Origin: an uncultured Pseudomonadota bacterium
Lineage (GTDB): Bacteria > Oederibacteriota > Muellerivitia > Muellerivitales > Muellerivitaceae
Direction of reading: 5' to 3'
Assembly: GCA_963836235.1 (NCBI GenBank)
Contig: CAWIIP010000005.1
Span: 32,001-96,000 of the forward strand
Length of the DNA: 64,000 nt
Below, one piece after another: positions 9,637-18,357 of this stretch. The translations under genes and the position numbers were made by a program. Under the pieces are notes generated by a model. That model did no database searches and was not told where the DNA came from. It saw nothing but the letters and a program-made list of their open reading frames with translations. Within the stretch, counting starts at the first letter, position 1. Each line of letters opens with the position of its first letter.

Positions 9637-10605
9637 CTACTTTTGATTCCCGATTTCGGTGTCAACTCCAGACACTTTTACAACCGCCCGCCAAAGGGCG
9701 TCCTGATTCGCGCGGTCATGGAGATGTTCATGGCGCATGATCTCAATGGGACCCGTCATCTTTTTTGGAGGCGAGCAAAAAAACTTGCCAGAAACATCGA
9801 CGCCAAACTTCGAGGCCGTGAGATATCTTTTGGCCCCTTCATCGACGGAATGTGACATTCCAGGAATAAGTTTCGAAATCCGCACAAATACGTTCTTCAT
9901 AAGAAAACCTAGATTGCGAGGCGCCAGGGTATCCGGAGCCGCTCCGGGTGAAACGGCGTATACGGCCATGTCCGCGGGTAGCTTTCGAGCAAGGGCCGCG
10001 GCCCACCACGCGACAAATATTTTAGCGTCAGAGTAAGCCGTGCTAGCCTTGTATTTTACATTCGGGGAGCTGCGCAAAATCGCTTCTATGGCTGAAACCC
10101 GGTCGCCTTTGTACTCTTTCGCGGCAAACGCCGCCAAGTCGGTAAATTGAAACAGGGGCACATCACCTCGCGCGGGTTCCGCGCCGGCAATAACGATACG
10201 AGCGTCCGGCGCCAGAAGTCCGGCCCCTAAAAGTCCCATCGTTAACTGGTGATGGCCGATCAACGGCGCTTGCGAAGCCTCAATGTTCTCGCTTGTCACA
10301 ACACGTTCTTTGCCTGGCATCATGCCAGCGTTAAGAAGGAGAAAATCTATGGGTTCGCCTCCCTCTCCCTTAACTAGCTCGGCGACCGCCTTCTTCACGC
10401 TTGCAAACGAATCTAGGTCGAGAGCAAGACCAACGATATTTTTAGTTCCGGCATCGGTCCTTAACCTGCTAACGGCTTCATCCACTTTGGCCTGGCTACG
10501 TCCAGTGACTATAACCTGGCTCCAACCATCCTCGGCCAGTTGCTTAGCTGCCGAGTAGCCTAAGCCAGACGTAGCGCCAGTAACGAGTGCGACAGACTTT
10601 TTCAT
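9637..10605 (-). CDS. Short-chain dehydrogenase/reductase
   Basis: VTGATSGLG, LLLNAG, YSDAK (YxxxK). Confidence 0.92.
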   Translation of the reverse strand: MKKSVALVTGATSGLGYSAAKQLAEDGWSQVIVTGRSQAKVDEAVSRLRTDAGTKNIVGLALDLDSFASVKKAVAELVKGEGGEPIDFLLLNAGMMPGKERVVTSENIEASQAPLIGHHQLTMGLLGAGLLAPDARIVIAGAEPARGDVPLFQFTDLAAFAAKEYKGDRVSAIEAILRSSPNVKYKASTAYSDAKIFVAWWAAALARKLPADMAVYAVSPGAAPDTLAPRNLGFLMKNVFVRISKLIPGMSHSVDEGAKRYLTASKFGVDVSGKFFCSPPKKMTGPIEIMRHEHLHDRANQDALWRAVVKVSGVDTEIGNQK

Positions 10606-10650
10606 AGTTTGTCTCCTAGTCTAAAATTGTGGAAATTTCATCAATCACTA

Positions 10651-10713
10651 TCTGTAGTACACGCTACAGAGAATCCCAACCGCCGTCAAGCGATATTGTT
10701 GCGGTTGCTACAA
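10651..10713. promoter_or_regulatory. Two candidate TetR operators in the divergent promoter
   Basis: Perfect IR tctgtag-tacacg-ctacaga (10651-10670) and related ttgttgc-ggtt-gctacaa (10696-10713). Confidence 0.6.
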
Positions 10714-10752
10714 ATAGATTGTCCGAAGTGTTTCGTATGAGTAAAATGAGGA

Positions 10753-11340
10753 ATGGCTCGAAAAATAGAATTTCATTACGATAACGCGGTGGATCAGGCG
10801 ATGCGGGTCTTTTGGGGTAAGGGATACTCTGGCGCGTCGTTAAAAGACCTTCTCAAGGCGATGAAAATTGGGGAAGGCTCCTTCTACAATACCGTCAAAA
10901 GCAAAAAGCAGCTCTATATTGAATGCTTGAATCGATATGGAGAGGTCGAAGCCAAAAAAAGACATTTGGCCTTAACATCAGCCCCGAATGCGCGTCTCGG
11001 GATGCGGGCTTTGCTAGGCGCTATGTTCGATTGTCTCGATGATCCGAAAAATCCTTCGTATCTTTGCATGTTCGCGGCAATGATTTCTGAAGATGTCATG
11101 GCTGATAAGGAATTAAAGAAAACTGCTGTTGCCACCGTTACTCACGCACAAAAGGTAATTGAAGATAAGCTTGATGAAGACAAGAAAGCGGGGCGTCTTC
11201 CTAAAAACTATGACTCACATACAGTTGCCGCTGTCATAGCTACTTACTGTCAGGGTATATGGCGTATGGCCATGATTTCATACAAACGGGAACAGTTCGA
11301 GCGCGAATCGGAAGCCTTTCTTCGAGGATTGGGTCTTTAG
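10753..11340 (+). CDS. TetR/AcrR family transcriptional regulator
   Basis: AMRVFWGKGYSGASLKDLLKAMKIGEGSFYN HTH; divergent from SDR. Confidence 0.93.
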   Translation: MARKIEFHYDNAVDQAMRVFWGKGYSGASLKDLLKAMKIGEGSFYNTVKSKKQLYIECLNRYGEVEAKKRHLALTSAPNARLGMRALLGAMFDCLDDPKNPSYLCMFAAMISEDVMADKELKKTAVATVTHAQKVIEDKLDEDKKAGRLPKNYDSHTVAAVIATYCQGIWRMAMISYKREQFERESEAFLRGLGL

Positions 11341-11437
11341 GTTTAGAATTCCGAATCACACTGATACTCCAACTTCCAAGTCAGCGACACTTCGTCCGAA
11401 GTGAAACAAGAAAATTAGTACTAAAATATATTTTTTC

Positions 11438-11467
11438 TTGTCCACAAAGGGTCCCCGTCGTGGACAA
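11438..11467. repeat. Palindromic intergenic repeat, copy A
   Basis: ttgtccacaaaggg-tc-cccgtcgtggacaa. Confidence 0.9.
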
Positions 11468-11484
11468 ACGCGAATCCTATTTAC

Positions 11485-12456
11485 TCAAGGTTTCTCGGGC
11501 GACCACTTGTATAACTTCAAGACTTTCCTGCCGCTGATCGTAACTGGTTCGCCTGTGTAAAACTCCCCAGTCTTTAAATTCGGGACTTGATAGTCCATAT
11601 GATCGAAGTAAGTTAATAAATTGAAATTTCTGTCGTAAATATAAAGCCGCCTTTTAGTGAAATCCTGCTCGCTTCCATCCGGGTACTTCTGGTTTTCGGT
11701 TTGAGTGGAATATTGGGCATAGACATTGCCAAAATCGTCGATAGCGAGAATTTCATTAAAACCGTAATGGTCCCCAGGGTGTTTATTATCCCCGTACCAG
11801 TGCGGCAAAAATATTGTTTTTCCCCCGACCTTGACCTGGTAACGCCCGTTAAACCCATGCTCACCCGTATAAGCCGAAGCAAAGATCTTCGACTTGATCT
11901 TGCCGGAGTCATATCCGTTGATCACGAACAGAATTCTTCCATCCTGCCAGGAATAAAAGACGCCGTTGGATAGGGAGTAATAACCCGGCCAAAGGCTACT
12001 CCCTTTGTCGTTCCATCCGGTTTGAACGAGTCCTTTGTCCCTATTCAGGACGTAAATCCGGTCCCCGTCCAAAACAAGAATATTGCCGATTTCATCCACG
12101 AATATTGTATTTATCTTATGAAGACCTTTTTCCGTCCAGCCCGGCGGAGGTTTCCAATCCAACCTCCGTGCCAATTTCCCGGTTTTGTCGTAAATGAGGA
12201 TGGAAGATCCACAAAAGAAATAAAGGTTGTCATTCACATCGAACTGGACCCTGAAATAGGAATTCTGATCAGGACAGGGGACGGTATAGAGGTCGTGCCG
12301 GACGTATTTTTCCTTGATTGGATAATTTTGGGGGGGCTGTTCGTAATAATCCTTGGCCTTCTCACGGAGGTCCTCCTCCATACCCCAGGCTTTGAAGGGG
12401 CAGAGGACGAGGAACACCGCCATCAGTAAGAGAATGTTTTTTATGCCGTACCCCAC
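11485..12456 (-). CDS. Hypothetical secreted protein with possible beta-propeller (NHL-like) blades
   Basis: Signal peptide ending KAWG; recurring motifs FDVNDNLYF, FVDEIGNILVLD, AIDDFGNVYA. Confidence 0.65.
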   Translation of the reverse strand: MGYGIKNILLLMAVFLVLCPFKAWGMEEDLREKAKDYYEQPPQNYPIKEKYVRHDLYTVPCPDQNSYFRVQFDVNDNLYFFCGSSILIYDKTGKLARRLDWKPPPGWTEKGLHKINTIFVDEIGNILVLDGDRIYVLNRDKGLVQTGWNDKGSSLWPGYYSLSNGVFYSWQDGRILFVINGYDSGKIKSKIFASAYTGEHGFNGRYQVKVGGKTIFLPHWYGDNKHPGDHYGFNEILAIDDFGNVYAQYSTQTENQKYPDGSEQDFTKRRLYIYDRNFNLLTYFDHMDYQVPNLKTGEFYTGEPVTISGRKVLKLYKWSPEKP

Positions 12457-12464
12457 ATTACCCT

Positions 12465-12479
12465 CCCCGTCGTGGACAG
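12465..12479. repeat. Palindromic repeat, copy B (right half only)
   Basis: ccccgtcgtggacag, abutting the RBS of the 323-aa gene. Confidence 0.85.
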
Positions 12480-12551
12480 GTCGTTTCAGGCTTTGGTAGC
12501 CAGCTTTATAAATTCATCATTTATAATGTTTATTAAACCTTGCCCATCCGG

Positions 12552-13493
12552 TCAACGGACTGCGGGTTGTCCCGTCTTTGAGTAAGCCAGCCTACCGCCG
12601 GCCTTGGCTACTTTGACCAAGGCCTTCCATTCCTCTTTCTCCTGGGCCGAACCAGCCTTTCTGAAACCCGCCTCCAACAGTTGCTTGACGAAAGTTCGGT
12701 AGAGGCCCTCGTTGGCTTCGCTCTCGTCCACCCAACCGCCCTTCCCAAAGGAGAAAACCCAGTACCAATCCACCCCCGGCGCAACCTCCTGCGGGATGAC
12801 CAGTACCTGCCCCCGGCCGTTGTCCGTGTCCTCCGGAATCAATCCCCGGGTAAGGATTTGGCGTTGGCTTAGGAAGTCCACGTCATGCACTTCCACTGCC
12901 CGGTAAGTCAACGTCCCCTCTTTTTCACCGTTATCCTGGTCGATGAACCTGAAATGGTTCTCGTCCAGGGTTACCACGCCAGTGAAAGTGACCCCTTCTC
13001 TGCCTTTTTCGTTTCCGAAATACCAGGCCCTCACAGGGTGGGCCTGGGTATCAATGAGATAAAGGTCGTCCAGGCTGCGCACTATGGTGAACCTTTGATT
13101 CCCAGCCGTAATGGGGTCAACCTCCAGGTTCACAGCGCAGTCTTTGCATCTTGTCTCTGAATAGATATCGGCCCCGGCCTGCACTTCGCTGACCGCCCCG
13201 GCACGCTCATGCCACACCAAACTGATTTGGATATACAACCCAAGTTCCTTCAACCGCGCCACCGCGGGGTCCCAATCCTTTTCGTCCGGGGATTGGGCTT
13301 GCTTCAACAGGGCCGGGATGTTGTTGCTTTGGGATATTCTCAAAGGGGTCATTTTCTGGCCTATTTCCGGTTTCATTTCCAGGAAGCCGCTGGACAGGCT
13401 TCCATCCGGGTTTAAAATCTGGCCACCCCAAGCCGCCGGACCCGCGACAGCAAAAACCAAAACAATCATCAGCGGATTTTTTATTTTCATCAT
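12552..13493 (-). CDS. Hypothetical secreted protein
   Basis: Likely start MMKIKNPLMIVLVFAVAGPAAWG (signal peptide) after a G-rich RBS; no family recognised. Confidence 0.65.
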   Translation of the reverse strand: MMKIKNPLMIVLVFAVAGPAAWGGQILNPDGSLSSGFLEMKPEIGQKMTPLRISQSNNIPALLKQAQSPDEKDWDPAVARLKELGLYIQISLVWHERAGAVSEVQAGADIYSETRCKDCAVNLEVDPITAGNQRFTIVRSLDDLYLIDTQAHPVRAWYFGNEKGREGVTFTGVVTLDENHFRFIDQDNGEKEGTLTYRAVEVHDVDFLSQRQILTRGLIPEDTDNGRGQVLVIPQEVAPGVDWYWVFSFGKGGWVDESEANEGLYRTFVKQLLEAGFRKAGSAQEKEEWKALVKVAKAGGRLAYSKTGQPAVR

Positions 13494-13575
13494 TTCCCCC
13501 CCATCACGGAATAAAAGCTTCACCCTGAGCAACCAATCATAGCCCAAAGTACTAAGCGGGAAGAGAGTCGAAGTA

Positions 13576-13592
13576 GTCCCCGTCCTAGACAA
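13576..13592. repeat. Palindromic repeat, copy C (degenerate right half)
   Basis: gtccccgtcctagacaa, 15/17 identical to gtccccgtcgtggacaa. Confidence 0.75.
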
Positions 13593-13600
13593 CCCTCACA

Positions 13601-14578
13601 TTATTTTTGGATCAAGCCGACATTGGGATGTTCAGCCATTGATCGGGCTTTTAATTGGCTCTCCATGGCCGGGCAAAGAAAAAGTAGCACCGCCATGATC
13701 AATAGGACCGGGGTGAGGTAACGGCTCCATCGGGCCGATACCTCATTCTGCCCGAGGATCTCCGTTTCAGTGGGTGGGTCCAACCCTTTTGCCCCGGGCG
13801 CTGGCAACCACCAGCAAGTGAGTCCCCAAGCGGCCAGAGCGGACAAAACCAACCCCGCTACCTTCCAAATATTGGAGGGCGCAAAAAACGAAGAATGAAC
13901 CGAAGCCGTCGAGGAGATCACGTCTATACCCAAATGCATCACCATGAATCCCCACAAAACGTTCCCTCCCCTCTCAAAGAGAAAGGCGGCGGGAAACGCA
14001 AGGACAAAGGACGTAAACATGGGGACCAAGATCGGTCTCAGATAAAAAGGGCCTGCTCCCGGAACATATCGACCGATATGGTAAGCCGACCACAGCAGGC
14101 CAGACAGGATGGACGCCCCAAAAAAGGACCGCCCAGACCTCAAAAATTGAAAAAGAAATCCCCGGAAGAAAGATTCCTCAAAAAGCCCCGCCATAAAGAC
14201 AAATTTAATCAAAGCGATAGTGGGGACTTGTCGGAAAGAAACAAGACCGGTTTTAGGCGCAATGAAGAAATCGCAAAAGAATATGGGAACCAGGGAAAGA
14301 AATCCTATGGCCAATTGCCTCAAAAGAGGTTTTTTAAAACCGAGGCACCCAAGTGTTTTGGACCAGGAAATGGATTTAAGGCTCTTGGTGAATAAGACGG
14401 TCAGGCCCATCAGGACAATGGCCGTAAGGATATTATGAATTTCCCAGAATGGCTCGTTCCCGGGGCCGAAAGGAATGAAAAACAAGTCCGCTGTTATGGC
14501 CAAAGGCAGCATGATGACCAATATGATGACCGACCAAAACAGAAGGGCCCAACGGAAGCGCCAATAAGACGGTTTCAT
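13601..14578 (-). CDS. CPBP family intramembrane metalloprotease (CAAX protease/Abi)
   Basis: EESFFRGFL, WSAYH, MHLGID motifs in a polytopic protein. Confidence 0.88.
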   Translation of the reverse strand: MKPSYWRFRWALLFWSVIILVIMLPLAITADLFFIPFGPGNEPFWEIHNILTAIVLMGLTVLFTKSLKSISWSKTLGCLGFKKPLLRQLAIGFLSLVPIFFCDFFIAPKTGLVSFRQVPTIALIKFVFMAGLFEESFFRGFLFQFLRSGRSFFGASILSGLLWSAYHIGRYVPGAGPFYLRPILVPMFTSFVLAFPAAFLFERGGNVLWGFMVMHLGIDVISSTASVHSSFFAPSNIWKVAGLVLSALAAWGLTCWWLPAPGAKGLDPPTETEILGQNEVSARWSRYLTPVLLIMAVLLFLCPAMESQLKARSMAEHPNVGLIQK

Positions 14579-14634
14579 GAAATGGACGCCCCCTTTATAA
14601 GCAACTTCATATCCATTGCCTCATCATATTACCC

Positions 14635-14660
14635 GTCCACGACGGGTCCCCGTCGTGGAC
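14635..14660. repeat. Palindromic repeat, copy D (perfect 12-bp arms)
   Basis: gtccacgacggg-tc-cccgtcgtggac. Confidence 0.92.
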
Positions 14661-14676
14661 AGATGAAATATTTTTT

Positions 14677-15414
14677 TCAAAGAATCCCGCTAAAACAATC
14701 CAAGATCGAGGCCTTGATGGGCATGAAGTACGCGTTTCCATCTACGGCAGTGATACGGCTCAAAACCGTCTCAGCAAATTCCCGGTTCCAGTCTAGTGTT
14801 GGCCTAAAATTCTCAGGAAACACAACTTTGTTTCGAGTCTCCCAATAATTTTTTGAACCGAGGCTTAAAACCGGTGAAACACCCCAAAAGACCTCATACG
14901 ATTTAAGTAACTCGGAATAAATGTCAAAGAGACGAATATCGAAAAAAGGTTGCGTGAAAAAACCATCGGCGCCGGCATCACGTTTGGCATGGGCATATTC
15001 GAGTTCTTTGTGAATCCCTTGGCGGTAAGGATCAAAGGCGGCATAAATCTTAATTCCGGGGATTTCCCGTTTGAATTTTTTGATAACTTCCAACACATCG
15101 GATGGGTACATTTTTCTGGACATGTCTTGGGGAATGTCACCGCTGATAACAATGATTTCTTTAAAATGATTCTCTTTCAGAAAAACGGCCATTGGCAAGG
15201 GTTCCTTCAAGTTAATATCAACGGCCCGAAAATGCGGTATCGCGTTTTGAAAATAGGGTTTCACATATCCGCATGCCACCCAGCTTCTTAAATCAAATCT
15301 CAATAAATCCGGAATGTTTATCGCGTTTACCTTCTTCAGGTTTTTTGAGATTTTTTCCACTTCTTCCAAAATGGATTCTTTACTTCGGGGAACCAATTCC
15401 AATGAAATTCTCAT
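14677..15414 (-). CDS. metF: Short methylenetetrahydrofolate reductase family protein
   Basis: ISLELVPR, INIPD, VISGD, AGADGFFTQPFFD. Confidence 0.8.
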   Translation of the reverse strand: MRISLELVPRSKESILEEVEKISKNLKKVNAINIPDLLRFDLRSWVACGYVKPYFQNAIPHFRAVDINLKEPLPMAVFLKENHFKEIIVISGDIPQDMSRKMYPSDVLEVIKKFKREIPGIKIYAAFDPYRQGIHKELEYAHAKRDAGADGFFTQPFFDIRLFDIYSELLKSYEVFWGVSPVLSLGSKNYWETRNKVVFPENFRPTLDWNREFAETVLSRITAVDGNAYFMPIKASILDCFSGIL

Positions 15415-15475
15415 AGTGTTTAACACCTGTTCCTAATGATTAAGCATCAACGCTTCATTTTCTGACGGCCCACCT

Positions 15476-15505
15476 TTGTCCACGACGGGCCCCCATCGTG
15501 GACAA
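15476..15505. repeat. Palindromic repeat, copy E
   Basis: ttgtccacgacggg-cc-cccatcgtggacaa. Confidence 0.9.
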
Positions 15506-15587
15506 GAGCCAACTCACCTTGACATTGACTAAGATAGTGAATTTATGAACCTGAAACCATTTTGAAATGGGGGGAAATCTCCGCTTT

Positions 15588-16796
15588 TTACGGCGAAACC
15601 CTCGAGGTCAACTTTCCCCCGTCGCCGTTGATATCCGGAACGACGGCGTCCAACAGGGAAACCTCGATATTGCCGATCACGATGGCGCTTTTAATCAGGA
15701 CCGGGATGTGCCGGTCATCGGCGGTGATCCAAAGGTCGATATCTTCCTTGTTCCGGAAAAGAGTCCCATACTTGATAAAAGGCTTGGCGTGTAAACAATC
15801 GAAAGTACCCGCGGGGCTCTTGATTTTTTCCCGGCCCACGATTTTTATGATCAGCTTGTAGTTTTTCCCACTCGAGGAAGTCGGAATAAGGTATTTCTTC
15901 CCCACTTCCATTGGAAAGAGACGGAAATAATAAAAACAGGAAATGACGTCCTGGGTGTAAGGCTGGATATCCATTTCCTCGATGGCATCCTGGTTATGCT
16001 GATGAACCAGTCGATGCTTGATCTGGTCATAGGATTCCCGGTTGCGGGCCTTGTAATCCCCCTCTTGGACGTCGTTCTGAAATTTCCAGGTGAGGTAATC
16101 CACCGAGTCGAAGTAGCTGGTTTGCACGTCGTTCACGGGATAAAAGGTGCTGAAAGGAAAAGCGGTCTTGGCTTTCGCCACCAAGGTATAGCAGGGCCGG
16201 TTGTCCACTTTCACGAAGTTTTCCACGGACAAAGTGGCGTAGCCCGCCAAGACCCCAATGGCCCGGACCTCGTAGGTCAGCCTTTCACCCTGGGCGAAAG
16301 CCTTGTTGGCCTTTGGCCGGGGAACCTTCTGAACATCCTTCTCGTCTTCGGACGAATCCGCTTCCGAAAAGGCCTGGGAAGGCTTGCTGAGAGCGACGGG
16401 AGTCGCCGACTTGGAAAGTTTTTGCAGGTAAGCCTGTCTTTTTTGGTCCAACTCCCCCTTATCGGGATAGTTGAGGGGATTGATGATTCTCAAAACCCGC
16501 CCCAGCTTAAGGGGTTTGCGGGGGTTCAAATGGTTTTGCCGGGCCAGCTTCCCCTTGGCGGATTCGGTTCCATAATAGGCCTCGGCGATAAATTCCAAGC
16601 TGTCGCCATTCTGCGCTTGATAGTGAAGAACTACCGTCCGGTCCATTTGCTTTTCTTGGGACTTCGCGTAAGGGGCCGCCGCGGGCTGCATGGAGGCGAT
16701 ACTGGTTTTACCCTGGGCCACGAACAGCAAGGAACAACCTTGGAGGAAGGGAAAACAGAGGAACAAAAAGACTAAAAAAATATATACCCGTTCCAT
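15588..16796 (-). CDS. Lipoprotein with LysM domain and DUF3108-like domain
   Basis: Lipobox LQGC; YQAQNGDSLEFIAEAYYG...LARQNHL (LysM); GERLTYEV, D..SCFYYFR, G.EKIKSPAGTFDC, LWITADDRHIPVLIK (DUF3108-like). Confidence 0.75.
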   Translation of the reverse strand: MERVYIFLVFLFLCFPFLQGCSLLFVAQGKTSIASMQPAAAPYAKSQEKQMDRTVVLHYQAQNGDSLEFIAEAYYGTESAKGKLARQNHLNPRKPLKLGRVLRIINPLNYPDKGELDQKRQAYLQKLSKSATPVALSKPSQAFSEADSSEDEKDVQKVPRPKANKAFAQGERLTYEVRAIGVLAGYATLSVENFVKVDNRPCYTLVAKAKTAFPFSTFYPVNDVQTSYFDSVDYLTWKFQNDVQEGDYKARNRESYDQIKHRLVHQHNQDAIEEMDIQPYTQDVISCFYYFRLFPMEVGKKYLIPTSSSGKNYKLIIKIVGREKIKSPAGTFDCLHAKPFIKYGTLFRNKEDIDLWITADDRHIPVLIKSAIVIGNIEVSLLDAVVPDINGDGGKLTSRVSP

Positions 16797-16822
16797 TCTT
16801 AAAAATCGGGAGATTTGAAGGT

Positions 16823-17872
16823 TCACTTCGGTTTGGATTCTTTTTTGATGTATTTTTCCATAGCTTCCAAAACCTCTTCCACCTTGATGGCGTCCATGGG
16901 GTCGTGAATCCCGCAAACACCCAATTGGCAATCAGGGCATTGGAGATTGCGGGGCATGAGGACCGTCGAGGTGTTTCCCCAGGGGCCCCATCTCACGGGT
17001 GTGGTGGCGTGGATCGGGCAAAAAAGGGCGACGGTAGGGGTCTTCACGGCCGCGGCGAGGTGCATGGTCCCGGTGGAACCCGAAAGGAAACATTCCGCCC
17101 TCTCATAAACCGCCGCCAACTGACGAAGGCTGCACTCCCCGATCAACAGCACGGGTTTTTGTTCCTGGCTAAGGCCCCGGACATGGGTCATCACCTCGGC
17201 AATAAGCGGGGTTTCGTCGGGACCGCCGGTAATGACGACCTTTCGACCCCGATAGGAAAGCTGGGAAATCGCCTGTCCGTATCGCTCCGGTTTCCAATTA
17301 AGGGCCGAGCCCTTGTGTCCGGGATGAACCACCACGTAACGCGCCCCATAAGCGATGCCTTTTTCCTTGAGCAGGTCATTGGCGAAAGACCTTTCGTTAT
17401 CGGAAAGGGGAAATGTAATTTTTTCCGCCCCGGGCGTTACCCCCAAGGGCCGCGTCAAGTCCAGGTTATATTCCACCTCGTGCCGGTCGCAGACGGAACG
17501 ATGGATATGCGTCTTTCGGTTCAGGAAAAAACTGTACCAGCGGTAGGCGGTTCCAATCCGGATGGGTATTCCCGCCATCCAGGCCGCGATGACCTGTTGA
17601 GGCCTGGGATAAAGGGTGATGAAAACATCCGGGGCCAGCGTTTTAAACCGGCTCGCCAATTTCCATAGGCTCTCTTCGGGATCCAATAATTCCACCGCGT
17701 TCACCGCTGGATGGTTTTGAACGATCTCCTTGGCATAGGAGCTGACCAATGCCGTGAGCCGGGCCTGGGGAAAGGCCGCCTTGAGCGTTTGGAACACAGG
17801 CAGGGACAAAAGAAGGTCACCGACCTTGTCGGTTCGGGCAACGAGAATATGTTTCGGGTTGATTTCGCTCAT
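16823..17872 (-). CDS. Glycosyltransferase family 9 (heptosyltransferase)
   Basis: RTDKVGDLLLSLP, VVHPG, STGTMHLAAAV.TPTVALF. Confidence 0.93.
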   Translation of the reverse strand: MSEINPKHILVARTDKVGDLLLSLPVFQTLKAAFPQARLTALVSSYAKEIVQNHPAVNAVELLDPEESLWKLASRFKTLAPDVFITLYPRPQQVIAAWMAGIPIRIGTAYRWYSFFLNRKTHIHRSVCDRHEVEYNLDLTRPLGVTPGAEKITFPLSDNERSFANDLLKEKGIAYGARYVVVHPGHKGSALNWKPERYGQAISQLSYRGRKVVITGGPDETPLIAEVMTHVRGLSQEQKPVLLIGECSLRQLAAVYERAECFLSGSTGTMHLAAAVKTPTVALFCPIHATTPVRWGPWGNTSTVLMPRNLQCPDCQLGVCGIHDPMDAIKVEEVLEAMEKYIKKESKPK

Positions 17873-18348
17873 GGTTTCGTGGTTAAGGGGCCGTATTTTC
17901 GGAGGATTTCTTGGATTAGTTTATCAACTGTATGGTCTGTTCCCTCTTTTATCACGACCACCTGGCCGCCAAAAGGAGACTCTGTTTTGGCCGGCTGGCC
18001 CTGTCGCTTGGCGTAAATAGGGGGTTTCAACAGGTGAAGAAGGGGTTCGACTGTATCTTCCTGAAAGGACGTCACAAAATCGACCATCTCAAAGGCCGAT
18101 AGAACCCCCAAGCGGTCTTCCAAAGGTAAAAACGGCCTGCCTGGCCCTTTTATTCTTTTGATGGATTCGTCCGAATGGAGGGCTAAAACCAATAGGTCTC
18201 CCAGCGCCTTAGCCGCGCGCAGATAACGTACATGGCCCACATGTAAAAGGTCAAAGCACCCGTCAGCCAACACGACTTTTTTGCCTTGAGCCTTCAAGGC
18301 CTCTAGCTTTTTGGAAAGTTCATTTTGATTTAAAACTATTTCAGCCAT
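17869..18348 (-). CDS. rfaE2: Heptose-1-phosphate adenylyltransferase (stand-alone RfaE domain II / HldC)
   Basis: GCFDLLHVGHVRYL, SDESIKRIKGPGRP. Confidence 0.88.
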   Translation of the reverse strand: MAEIVLNQNELSKKLEALKAQGKKVVLADGCFDLLHVGHVRYLRAAKALGDLLVLALHSDESIKRIKGPGRPFLPLEDRLGVLSAFEMVDFVTSFQEDTVEPLLHLLKPPIYAKRQGQPAKTESPFGGQVVVIKEGTDHTVDKLIQEILRKYGPLTTKP

Positions 18349-18357
18349 AGAAACCTT

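Noticed and set aside
11438-11446. ttgtccaca as a DnaA box / origin
   Set aside because: Single mismatched box that is part of the palindrome; no box cluster or origin-linked genes.
11438-15505. CRISPR array or classical integron attC array
   Set aside because: Spacers are ~1 kb whole genes and no cas genes are present; sites are too short for attC and lack RYYYAAC/GTTRRRY ends; no intI in the window.
15996-17668. Long plus-strand ORFs (259 aa, 254 aa) and similar ones at 1955, 9193, 31853 and 40354
   Set aside because: Antisense shadows of well-supported genes, with no motifs of their own.
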